Shown here in pieces: positions 26,371-37,709 of a stretch of 64,000 nucleotides of DNA. Origin of the DNA: Botryllus schlosseri (taxonomy: Eukaryota). Position 1 is the first letter of the stretch; each line of letters opens with the position of its first letter. The translations under genes were made by a program, and so were the position numbers. Where the stretch lies: NCBI GenBank assembly GCA_051294905.1, contig CM119371.1:2854001-2918000 (forward strand), given 5' to 3'. Under the pieces are notes generated by a model, which saw only the letters and a program-made list of their open reading frames with translations, did no database searches and was not told the DNA's origin.

Positions 26371-27769
26371 TTTATTTGTTGATTCTCTACCAGCTTGTAT
26401 CTAGACGCAAATTCGTAGGTTCTCTATCAGATAGTATGTAGACGTGAATTCGTTAATTCTCTATAAGCTATTTGTGAGCGGTCATCGATGTGCTAGTAAA
26501 AAAAACTGAGTGCTTGCATTTGTGATATATCAGACTGACAGATATTTGATTTAAAGTTCTAAGATTAGTAAAGTTATCGTATTGGCGGCCTCTCTCGTCT
26601 ATCTGTAGCATCGGTAAATGAGGCCAGGAACTGTCCGTTATCTGTCTAAATAAACATGTGCCAAGACTATGATAGGGACAAAATAAGCATGTTTGGCAAG
26701 CAAGGAATTCGATATCACCCAAGCAGGATTGAAAACATAAGTTGAGCATGACTTCAATACTGTGACTTGGACTCGACTCGAGTCATAACACTATGACTCG
26801 GACTTGACCCCTAAAACGGTGACTTGGACTCGGACTCGAGTCGGTGATGAATTGAAAATGACTCGACTCGACTCGAGTCAAAACCACAAAAGTCAGATTG
26901 ACTCGTGACTCGGAACCATGTGACTTGGTTACAACCCTGACTAGGGTTACCATACGTCCTCCTTTGAGAGGATTTGTGATCCTTTTTCGGGTTTTTGAAA
27001 ATGTCCTCCGAGGACGCCTAAATGTCATCCTTTTTAAGATTTTGTCCTATTTCTTGAGAATTTTGTTTAAACATAGGGCAAAATTCGATCGAGACACCAT
27101 AAAACAGCACTGAACTAACGCTCAGGCGGGTATTTCGGGAGATGAGCGAAAGTTGACAATCTTTTTTATTTTTTAGTCAACCACCTGATAAAGTGAAGGA
27201 AAAGTGACCTTTTTTTAGACAACCGACCACGAAGTGGGAAAATTTACCATCTATTAAGATTTACCTCTGGTATTGTAACTTTGAAAAAGTGTCCACCTTT
27301 CCCGATTCCAAAATATGGTAACCCTAGCATATACCACATGAACACGACTGCACAATTGCACAGCCATCCAGCTATAGGTTTTGAATAGACCCCATGGCCG
27401 TGCTATAGGCGTAATCAATAATCCTGCAACTATCGCTTTCGCAGACAACTGCAAAAGTAATTCAGTATCTCTAAATCCATAGTAGTGTAATAGACGACTG
27501 CGTGGCTGACAAAAAACAAACGTTTTAGCAATGCTTATGGCCATTACGCGTTGACTAGTTACGGAAGCATGCCTACTCGTTGCGGATGCCGATGTGCCCA
27601 CTAGAGGTTGACCGATTATCGACATGGCTGATTATCGAGGCCGATATTTCGAGCTTATTATAGAGATTATATTAGATTATTAGAGATTGTAATCACGTCA
27701 TTGCACAGTCAGTTAGATAAGAAACCAGTTGAGGCTAGCAATATATGGTAGCTTCGTAAACGGATATGG

Positions 27770-29043
27770 CAGGGTTCTCTCAAGATTTTGGTGCCTAGAC
27801 TTGACTCGAGAGATTCTACTCGATTTGTGTATAACTCGACTAATTCTTAAAACTCGAGACTAGGACGGACACGTCCGCCATTTCCTTCTAACTGAAAAGA
27901 ATAGCAAACTACCACCTAATGCCCGGGTTTAAATATCATCCAGAGTTGTAACAACGTGAATAGAACAGGATTGAGCTTGAAAATGAACAATGAACACAAT
28001 GAATTTGACTCAGAATCGAGTCTTGATGCGGTGACAAGGACTTAAACCTTTGAAACCTGACTATAACTAGACTTGGTGGTGAATTCAAAATGACTCGATT
28101 TGACTAGAGTCAAAACTATTAATGTAGAATTGACTTTTGACTTGGTTACAACTATGGGATATGGTAATGTTTTATAACTTACGACTCTAGTGCAAAATGT
28201 ATTACAAGCGGCTTTGACTGAAAGCTACTACTACGCTGATTTCGAAAAGATAAATTATAATCTGGTGAGGACGGTTGCACGACATACGAGCATGCGACAC
28301 ACTGAAAAGCAACAGATCAGCATTCGACACATTAGCATGTGGTTTCACAACCCAAAACTAACCATAATCCAATCCTCAATATAAACCATACCTGGCGCAA
28401 TCCTCGAATATTACCCACATGCTGAAGTGTCGCATGCTTATATGCCCACGGACCGGTCTGGACACTGTAACTCACCCAAAATTACCCTTATATTTGTAAA
28501 AATTGACATGGTTTAGCAGCAACAAAATGACCATACAAATGACCTATTGCGGCGTTCCAATTAATCGCAACAATGCCAGATTCCCAGTATTGTATCCTAG
28601 TCACAAACCAATCTTACTTTTTTTTTAGTTTTGACACGAGTCAAGTCGAGTCACTTTCCATTTATCAGAGAGTCGAGTCCTAGTCCAAATCGTTTCGCAA
28701 AGGGTCACGTCCGAGTTCAAATGATTGTGTCTACTGTTCAGTTTTAAGTTCAAGTCAGGTTCAATCCAATTTTTTACAACTCTGCTTGGATTTAATCGAT
28801 TGCTCCGTATTCGTAATATGCTGATTTTCATCATTCTTAACAATTTCTGCTACTGATAGACGAAATGGCAATAATGCGGAACATTACTATTTTTCGAAGT
28901 TGCAATGAAATTCCATTCATTACCGTCCGAGTCTAGAGTCGTGCGACTTGGTACGAGTGATGTGCAATGATTCGAGTACAAGTCAAGTCACTATACAAAT
29001 TGACTCGAGTCGAGACGGTGAAACTGGGGTCATTACAACCTTC
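27770..29043. mobile_element. Two degenerate GACTCGAGTC-family copies in opposite orientation (about 27770-28155 and 28600-29043)
   Basis: gacttggttacaac and cattacaacc termini; internal blocks shared with 39747-40380. Confidence 0.7.
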
Positions 29044-29144
29044 CCGATTTCAGGATCCATATGCTGTCCAACCGTGCAGCCACTGCACATGTATCAGTAG
29101 GTTGGTTGCGTATAGCGTCGGCAGAAAGGAAAAACTTCCAAACT

Positions 29145-29686
29145 GGTGACATTTCGAACCATTTTCCCCAGGTAGGTTTCTCAAGTCCAACTTACTAAAA
29201 AAGGCGCGATCGTATTTAGAAACAAATTCGTCAATCTCTTTGTTTCTGCCAGTAGCGGTTTTCTTTGAAGTTTTGGGCCTCTCCCTGAAGTGTGTATGTG
29301 TATATCCTTGCCTTGCCATACTTCAGCATGACTTTCCGTTGCCAATATTCGGTACTGCCCTTTGTCTATCGAACGGATTTTTGGTCTCATGTGATTCCGT
29401 AACGTAAGTTTATTACGGATGGCTGTCATACCGACGTCTTGAAACGGAAGTGTAGTAGGATTTGAGGAATCTGCACAGAGAGTCGCTTTCGCGTCCGGTA
29501 TTCCAGAGTTGTGCATCGTTTTCAGTCTTTTCTCGCGAACGACCGAATCTTCCGATGACTTTCTCTGAAACGTCTTCTGTTTGGACTCAATTTACGATCG
29601 TCATCTTTCGACGAGTTGATTTCCTTTTTATCTTCTGATTTGGGAGCAATACCGCTTTACGCCGTTCGTTGATTTCGAGTGCCTTC
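29145..29686 (-). pseudogene. RBM28: RBM28/NOP4-like pseudogene copy 1, terminal exon
   Basis: Acceptor ctccttttag. Frameshifted pieces KALEINERRK, LRNHMRPKIRSIDKGQ, IDEFVSKYDRAF and GKWFE parallel the recalled RBM28 C-terminus (RKLKMKE.R; LPSHRGPKIR.RDKGK; F..LVEQYK; SKWFD). Confidence 0.8.
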
Positions 29687-30620
29687 CTAAAAGGAGGAAA
29701 TCGGTTGATTTGAGCGAGAAAAATAGTATTTGTATCACGTAACGGTAACTTGATATATTTCAAAAAGTAGTAGGCTACTTATTAGTAAGGCTGGGTACAA
29801 TGATTCAATTTCTCGTATCTGATTCAAGTATTAATTCTAATGATTAGAGTCGAGTTGTGATATTATGCGATTCTTACAACTAGGGCGGCAGGGCAAAATC
29901 GGGCTTCGAGTCGAGTATCAGTCGTTATGACAAAATAACAGTGTGCATTATGTCAAAGTTCATATACAGAACTTTTATGCTACTGCCAATAATATTCCAT
30001 GTACTCAGATATTTTTTCGACCATACCGATTTCAGTGCGCTTTGTGACAATGCTGTGGGTTGAGCATGACTTCTCAAACATGGTAATATCAATAACATTG
30101 GTAGCTTCCTGCTACACGATTCGTATGCTGCGATACGTCAAGTCGAGGTTGCAAGGCTTCCACAGTGGAAAATACCATCGCCATTATAATTCTCATTGAT
30201 AAATAATCTTTCATCGGCAATGAGCGTATAATATCAGTAGGCTACTCCAAAAATTCCAGTACTCTACTCGAATCACTGTGCCCAGCCCTACTCACCACTA
30301 AGTGTAAATTTCTAAACAAAAATTGTAATTTCGATTTCCCACTGTGGAAGCCTAGGAACTCCATTGGACATATAACAGCATACGAAACCTTTCGTACAAA
30401 ACTATATTAGCGGAAATGATATATCTGTGAAGTCGTGATCAATTCACAGCATTTGCAATGAAATAGGAATGGTTAACAAAATACCATATTATTTTTAATT
30501 TGAAGTAGAACCGGCATCATATTCCTTGTGGTCGCATGGGATGTACATATTTGCACTTTTCAAATTTTGTATACTGTTATGACGTCATGTTTAGTGGTAC
30601 TCGACTCGATGCCTGATAAT

Positions 30621-32927
30621 AATCAATTCATGACCGAGTCACTCAGGTACTTGATTTTGACAACCTTACTCATGAGTAGTACAAGGACATTGTCAGTGGT
30701 CATCAACTCTCACAAAACATCATTATTCAATAATGAGTGGCACCATCTCAAAATCTATTCGGGTGGCCAACAAGTTACAAATCCCATTGGGAGTGTATTT
30801 TTTCACATACTTTTTCAGGCCCCGCCGAGTATTATATTATTTACTGGTATGCAGACTTGTGTAAGCTACCAATCTGGATAGTTGAAGGTCAACTAAAAAC
30901 TGGGTTTTTGATTAGTTGAAGTTGTGGATTTTGAAAAGTGAGTAGTTTTAGTTACAGTAGCGCATTAAAAAAGTAGTTGCCAATAACTGGAAAACTCACG
31001 GCATCGTTTTGCGTGAATCGTGATACCGTCTTTGTGTTGTGTGATGTTCTTGCAGCCATTTCTACCTCAGAGTCATCACTAAAGAGACTGCCGTAGGGGT
31101 GTTAGGGGTTGAAAGCCTTCCCATTTTAACTAGAAACCCTTACTTTTAGAAGTGACGATTCCGTATCCAATATTTCCTATCTCGTTAGTGATTCAGTAAT
31201 TTGTATTATCAGTGCTGCCAATTATCGACAGTGCATAGTGGTATGCGATCTGGTTAGTTAGTTGCAGAGCTTTAATGGTCGTGGTTACAGTTACGCATCT
31301 CGAACACCCAGCAGTTTGTAGGAGTCTGTTGGTATATATTATTTTAGGAAGTGGGTAGAGCTTTATTCTCATTGGCCGAATGATTATGATCAAGTGTTGT
31401 AAAGGAAAAATGATATCATAAAATGAAACAGAAAACGAGAAAAGGCAATGTCAAAGTCACAAAATGTCTGCTTTGCTTGCAGTTTTACCTGTTTTCCAAT
31501 GAAATTCGACTATGGGCCTCTTGATCGGTACGAAGATGCCAGGATTGTCATCAACACTTTTCGAAGCTTTCAAAGCGTGCTCGTGCTTGGTGATGTAAAT
31601 GAATGCGTATCAGAGCGGTCTTCCGACTCCATCTTTGTTGAAAGTCTTCTCGAGAATCCATGATAACTGCACCATGTCGATCTTTGAATTGGGACAGCAG
31701 AAGCTCCTGAAAACATAATGGAATCACTTTACCGAAGTACTCCTCAGAGTAAACGAGTTAGTCACACAAAACGGCTACAGACAAAATATAGAACAGCGCT
31801 TCTCTACTTTATCAGCTTGTGTAACGGTAAAATTTCCAAAAATCAAGATCAACACAGAATGTAATGACGACAACAGCAGGCAATTTGAAGCCAAGAATCT
31901 TAACATTAATCATTTAAGAAATTTGCTACAGTCCGTTTGATATCACACCTGTTATATCAGGTCTCATTGAAGCCCCTGAGAGACGGGATAAAACCAACAA
32001 CTCACATTTGACCATTTGGTGTATTTTGGAAGAAACACGACCAAATGTTTGCCAGATATATAATACTGTCAAACATCGCTAATTTGGTATTTTATAATGT
32101 CCTGAAATTTCGGAAAGTATTTATGACTCATGACTGGTCCTTAACGAGTTGAAGGCTACTTTCAAACATGGTATAGCACTCGAAGCATTGTTCGCTGAAG
32201 ACTTCGAGGTTAGCATAAGGTATCACCAGGTTAGAAAAGGCTAAGAACCACTGCTCTAGTCATTTCGTATACTACCTCGATGATAGCACTTCATAGAACA
32301 CACACATATTTCAGCAGAGAAGTTGTATCCAGTGATAATCAGTTTAACGATAAACTTGTGTCATAGCCATGAATGGAAATTGTTAAATTGTTAATACTCT
32401 CAACCGATGCTACTTGTTCGAGGTTCTTATGCGAGGACAGTGGTTCTTAACCTTTACCAACCCGGTGAACCGTTACATTGATCTGACAGCATTTGGAGAA
32501 TCCCAAATATTTTCGGCAAGTCACTAGTAAGCTACCAGGTTACACATCTAATACACTACCGTACTATAGAATACCGGTCCACTGAATCAACTTTGCATTA
32601 CCATCACTGTCGAAGGAAAAAAACATATAACATGATCACACAACATATATTACAGTAAATGATTGAGACTTCTGCTGTATGAGTCTGGTTCAGAATGACT
32701 TGGACAAATAAATAATTCTGGTTGTTTGATTTCACTAATTATAGGAAAATGTCGGTAATATAATTTCAACATAATTACTGAAATTTGTCTTTGCTGTAAT
32801 TCTAATCCGATTTCCTAATTCTAATGTCTTTTCTGGTTCATCCAGAATTGCTACAGGAGAACTGTACCGTGAAAAATGAGTCGAGCATAGTGTGCAGACA
32901 TTTGTCAGCGTCATACTCATGAGAATA
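30621..32927 (+). repeat. Segmental duplication, copy A (partner 54665-56609)
   Basis: Long near-identical colinear sequence, e.g. catcattattcaataatgagtggc and ccgaagtactcctcagagtaaacgagttagtcac. Confidence 0.95.
31489..31706 (-). pseudogene. RBM28: RBM28-like pseudogene copy 1, exon with the C-terminal half of the last RRM
   Basis: AG/GT flanked. [42 protein letters not shown] versus recalled human G.[39 protein letters not shown]. The RNP1 Gly codon is TGA. Confidence 0.9.
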
Positions 32928-33249
32928 AGGTGTGATATGATATGAAGTTTTTGCAAATTGAGTAATTCTAATTACAATCTAATTTGGTAAAACTGTGTAA
33001 CTATGCAACTTGAAGTCTGGTCTAATTGAAAAAAAAACGGTCCAGGTATAATTCGAATTCTAGTCTAATTTGGAGAAAAAAAAATGTGCAGCTATGACTC
33101 TAATTCTAATGTAATTTCGAAAACCCGAAAATCATGTAGTTGTCCAAGTTTGGCTCATAAAACCCCTGGCGTATCATATGAGCCCCAGTTAGTAGGCACC
33201 GCTCCAAGGTAAATCACAAAGCATGCTAACAGTTGTGATTCTGACATAC

Positions 33250-33391
33250 CCTCAACTTCTAGGAAGATTGTCAAAATAAAGTCAAGTTGCAGAGAGACAT
33301 GAGGATTTTTTCTGTTTGGCCCGTTTGGCATTGTTGATCTTTTCACGTTTCTTCCATTCTATTGCGTTGAGACCTTCCGCGGCTCGCGTTC
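33250..33391 (-). pseudogene. RBM28: RBM28-like pseudogene copy 1, GT.AAEG exon
   Basis: Acceptor tttttgtgtag, donor gtatgt. GTRAAEGLNAIEWKKREKINNAKRAKQK...* versus recalled [20 protein letters not shown]..K..KLK. Confidence 0.85.
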
Positions 33392-34042
33392 CTACACAAA
33401 AAAAACACAGCCGGTCAGTGTAGTCGGCATTGCAATTTACTACGAGTGTTAATCGGGTGTGGCTACTTTCGAAGTAGATTCTCGATCAAAGCAAAATGAT
33501 TCACACAATACACAGGAAGAATCTTGGAAAACATTTTCAACTACAACAACACAGGCGACTGTCACTCAGTAAAATAAGTGTTGTAACTTATCTCAAAACT
33601 ACTCTGTAGTTTTCAAAATCAAAATGCAATAGTAAGTACCGTAGTTTGGTCGTGAAGTAGAAATGGAAGTAGTCGTAACATAACCAATTTAACCAGCTAC
33701 CGGTATACTAAACAAAACATACTAAAAAGTTTTAGGAATCAAAATGGAGTCAAATGCCATCCAAGCGGAAGCAGTAGTCTTCGCAGCAAACAAAAACTTC
33801 ATGTTGAGTGAAAATGAGCTTTCAAAGTTGGTATATGATAGTTGCAAAAATTAGCTAAAATAGTTGAGAATCACTGGGTGATATGAACTCAAACGGGAAG
33901 TGTACCGCTCGGACACGACGATGATTAATTATGATAAAAATGTACGAGAATGGGTCTTTGATAAAAATGTGTTACATGATACCATGCCATAGACTGCAGG
34001 TCCGTCAGATATAATACAATTTTATACATCGATACGCTAGTG

Positions 34043-35209
34043 CAGTGCCTGTCAACCTTTTTGAACACCATCAGCACTTTTTCTGGAAGATAAATTTCAT
34101 GGCAACAAACCAACCGAAAATTGTTATACAAAAAGAAAATGTAGATACTTAACAAGATTTTGTTTATATGTGCAAGAAGTAGGCGACTGGTTCACGTTAT
34201 TAAATGTCTCATTAAAAAGACCACTCTATTCCGTAGTTTTGATTTCAACTATACTGCAATAAACCCTTTTCGGCGAAATAAGTGTTCAGTTTTATACAAG
34301 AACTTCTAGTGCTTGGATATCCAGGTGTTTATAAAAACCATTCTGCACCCCTATCCAGAATACAGCGTCTTTTCCCTTTGCAAAAAATAAGGTTTCCGAC
34401 ACAACCTCCAGTTCGTCGAATGGCTGCAAAGCCCGCATGTCTATTTCAATGCTTCTCTCATATGACTTGGAAAGTAAGCTCCAAAACTAACATGAAGAAT
34501 AAGCACATATGAGCTGGATACCTTGTGATACGCTGATAAACAGTGACCTTTGATATGTAAAAACAATCTGCAAGAAATTCCTCAAATTTTACCTGCATAT
34601 TATCAGACCACTTAGGTGGCGTGAAGACTCAAAATTATGCCATTTGCAACCCATACTTCGAGGAGCCGTGACGGGGACAGAATTTGCTTTACAGAAAATT
34701 GCAAGTGTGAGTCTTTGATGATGGTATGTATTACTATCTTCGTGCCACGTGCTAATCGAACCATTTTTACGAAAATATGATGATTTTCCATAGAAATAAA
34801 GCAGACAGTCATTTTTTAAGTCATTAACCCCGCGTGTCGCAAGCTCAGACTCAGCTGATGTACTGTAACCTATACATGCCACTACACCCGGTTTTGTACC
34901 AGACTTTTTAGTAGGTAATAAATACACCGCACAAATAGTAATTCACTATGGCTAGCGTGAGACAAAGTTATTGTAAAAGATACGAATAGGTCAAACACAC
35001 TTTTCCATTTACGTTTCAACGACCAAGGTTATGGAGCCACTGCACTCGAATTTCCTATCAGGTTTATTTGAATTATTCCACGCCAGAACTAGTACGGTGA
35101 CAATTATTCACTATTTTCATCCGCATTCATCTGCACCACGTCTCTCATCCGCACTGCAAATTTTTCCATCCGCACAAATGCGTACCATCCCACAGGTTGA
35201 AAGGCACTG
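34043..35209. mobile_element. hAT (Charlie/Buster-type) element
   Basis: cagtgcctgtcaacct / aggttgaaaggcactg; TSD cgctagtg/cgctagtt. Confidence 0.88.
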
Positions 35210-35765
35210 CGCTAGTTCATTTAATGGAGAACATGAAACTTTTGAATCGATTTATAAATTCGTAATGTGTTGATCTGCGTCTTGTCATGACAGAGTTCAT
35301 GCCCTACTTTGGTCTTGGCATACATCACAATTCCCAATAATGTAATTGCTGGACCAAACTTTTTAAAAGTAACCTACCTTTCAACTACTTGAAGAATAGG
35401 CTATTTATATGTGATTGTGTAACCGAAGAAGACTTGTAAACCAAATTCGTTGCATATTGACTCTACCTTTTGGAGAGATCTATGAGTATAATGGAGTCTG
35501 GAGTCTAGCCCACACCAAAGTTGTTGCCTTTTGAAAAGAAATCCAAGAATATGAATCAAGTTAGTGCGTAGAGCCACTCACAACGAGTGTGATATCAAAA
35601 AGGCACTAGCAACTGTCTAATTGAAATGAGCCTCTGATATATGCTTTCAAGTTGCACACTTGCCTCAAATACGTTTTAGGTTAATTTTGATTTTTGATGA
35701 CTGGTCTAGAGTAGGGCAGCACCACAATACTGAAGAGCTTGTGTTGGATATTGGCCCTCGTGTAC

Positions 35766-35915
35766 CAGGTCGAACGAGACATTACCTGCCGCGATACGAA
35801 TTCCTCTTGTTCTACATTTCATGATTTCGGTTCTACTGTTGACTGGGAATCCTTTTCATATCAGTACTGCTCACTGCTTGATACGTTCGAATCTCTTTCG
35901 CGTTCAGGATCTTGC
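35766..35915 (-). pseudogene. RBM28: RBM28-like pseudogene copy 1, exon ending in the RNLYLAREGLIR-like motif
   Basis: KILNAKEIRTYQAVSSTD...NKRNSYRGR*CLVRP(G) with three stops. Its phase-1 donor joins the GT.AAEG exon in frame. Paralogous to 54095-54240. Confidence 0.75.
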
Positions 35916-36082
35916 CTGAAATGGCAGCCATATATTTATTTACAGACAGACTTGTACAAACTACCAATCTACCATCATCAACTAACTAATGATTACTCAG
36001 TTAGTTCTAGTTGCGGATTTTGAAAAGCGAGTAGTTCTAGTTCTAGCTCATGTTGCGGATTTCATAAGGTTAGTAGTGACAG

Positions 36083-36571
36083 CAGGGTTCTAATGACTTG
36101 ACCCGAGTCACGGTTTTTGGTGACCTAATGGACTCGAGTATTTTCTACAAATGCATAAAATGACTCAAATCGACTCGAGTTATTTTCTGCATTGACTCAA
36201 CTTGTACCTGAGTCACTATACATGACTCGAGACTAGGACAGCCAAGACAGGCATTTCATTGTAGCTTCAAAAAATAGTTATGTAATCATATTATTGGTGT
36301 TTCGGCTATCGGTCCTGATACTTGTAAAATAGGGTCAGGAACTGTTAGAATTGAGGAAAATTACGATATTATGAATGCCGGCGATTCTATATCACTAGAG
36401 CACAGTTGAAAAATTGGGTTGAATCGGATTGAGATCAAAACTTGACAGTGAACACAATGACTCGGACTTGACTCGATGTTGAATTGAAAATGACTCGACT
36501 TGACTCGAGTCAAAACTATAAAAGTGAAACTGACTTGTGACTCGGATTCTTGTGACTTGGTCACAACCTCG
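36083..36571 (+). mobile_element. GACTCGAGTC-family hAT MITE
   Basis: cagggttctaatgact ... gtgacttggtcacaacctcg; family-typical body. Confidence 0.8.
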
Positions 36572-36928
36572 AGTTCTAGTTGCACAATTATAAAATAAAC
36601 AACTAGAAAACACGCGTCTTCTTATGAAGTAAATCATGATACCGGTGTTCTGTCGTGATAGGTTCTTGCGGTCATCACTACTGACATGGCATAGCCTGGG
36701 TTTGAGGGTCGAAGCCCCTGCCATTTGACGCTTGAAACCAGTTCCTATTAAAATGCAGTTTCTATCTCATTTGCAATGCAAAGTTTGCATTAAAATCACA
36801 GTTGGATGTGTTTTATTTAGATAGTATGGGATTTCCAAAGGCCGTTAGGCCTCTATGTACTTGTAGTTGAGAGTTTTGCAATAGCCACAATAGTGAAATT
36901 AAAACTAAACACGGACACATCTACTTAC

Positions 36929-37090
36929 ATTTTCGTCTCGATTCAGCACGTCGACACAGTTTGTCGCTTCTTCCGTGGTCTTGAATTGGACGAGAGCACA
37001 TCTCTTGGTCATTTTTCTCCGATTCAACTCCCGAAATAACCGTCTCGTGTCGATTTGGTCCATACTTCGCAACATTTGGGGTATTTCAGA
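36929..37090 (-). pseudogene. RBM28: RBM28-like pseudogene copy 1, RRM C-terminal half
   Basis: ...TKRCALVQFKTTEEATNCVDVLNRDEN|gtaagt versus recalled SKGCAFAQFMTQEAAQKCL.A.SPEN. Upstream boundary uncertain (may extend to about 37400). Confidence 0.75.
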
Positions 37091-37573
37091 CTAAAAATAA
37101 GGACAAATTGCCAAAAAGGTGAAATTTTTGGCGAAGGGAGAGCAGTTCTTGAAAATGGAGGACAAATCCTCTTAAATGTGGACGCATAATTAGAAGTTCA
37201 TGCTTTCTACTTGAGAAGCCTTACTGACTACTTTGACCACCTCTGCATACCGTCCACTTTTCCACTTATTGTGACGTCAGGGTCAAAATTTGAGTGCGTC
37301 CCACATATATTCCTTACCATGTTAGTTATGAAAGCAGGCAACAATCTGCACCACCCAAGAAACGTGGACTGCTGATTTGTACGAACTACCAATCTAGTTA
37401 GTTGACAGTGAACCAACTACTGGCTTTTTTGAGTAGTTCTAGTTGTAGCTGCAAGTTTTGTAAACTGAGCAGTCCTAGTTCTAGTTTCAAGTTTTGAATA
37501 TCCAGTGGTTCACACATGTCTGGCGGACTACTGACTAGCATTCCAATGAGACACGTTACAAAATAAGCTTTAC

Positions 37574-37709
37574 CTTTGCATAGAAAATCCGAGAAAGCCT
37601 TTGCCAAACCGCTTTCCAAAACCTCGAGACAGATTTTGAACAAATACAGTCCGTACTTTGCGACCATCGTCAGACGTCTTGGAAGCGTGTTTCTTCTTGG
37701 ACTCGACAA
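37574..37709 (-). pseudogene. RBM28: RBM28-like pseudogene copy 1, RRM N-terminal half
   Basis: Acceptor gctttcag, donor gtaaag. KKKHASKTSDDGRKVRTVFVQNLS, then (frameshift) EVLESGLAKAFS. RNP2 motif; compare recalled SDVNEGKTVFIRNLS. Confidence 0.78.

Larger units (their letters stand above)
21190..26939 (+). mobile_element. hAT (Ac/ZBED-type) deletion derivative with GACTCGAGTC subterminal arrays; longest local member of its family
   Basis: cagggttgtaa / ttacaaccctg TIRs. Perfect 8-bp TSD ACTAGGGT (21182-21189, 26940-26947). Contains a transposase C-terminal remnant and four nested elements. Confidence 0.93.
21184..27326. mobile_element. Small hAT MITE (TAGGGTTACCATA TIR; body 26942-27326) split at its left terminus by a later insertion
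   Basis: tagggttaccata / tatggtaacccta. Perfect 8-bp TSD GCATATAC at 21176-21183 and 27327-27334. Confidence 0.88.
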
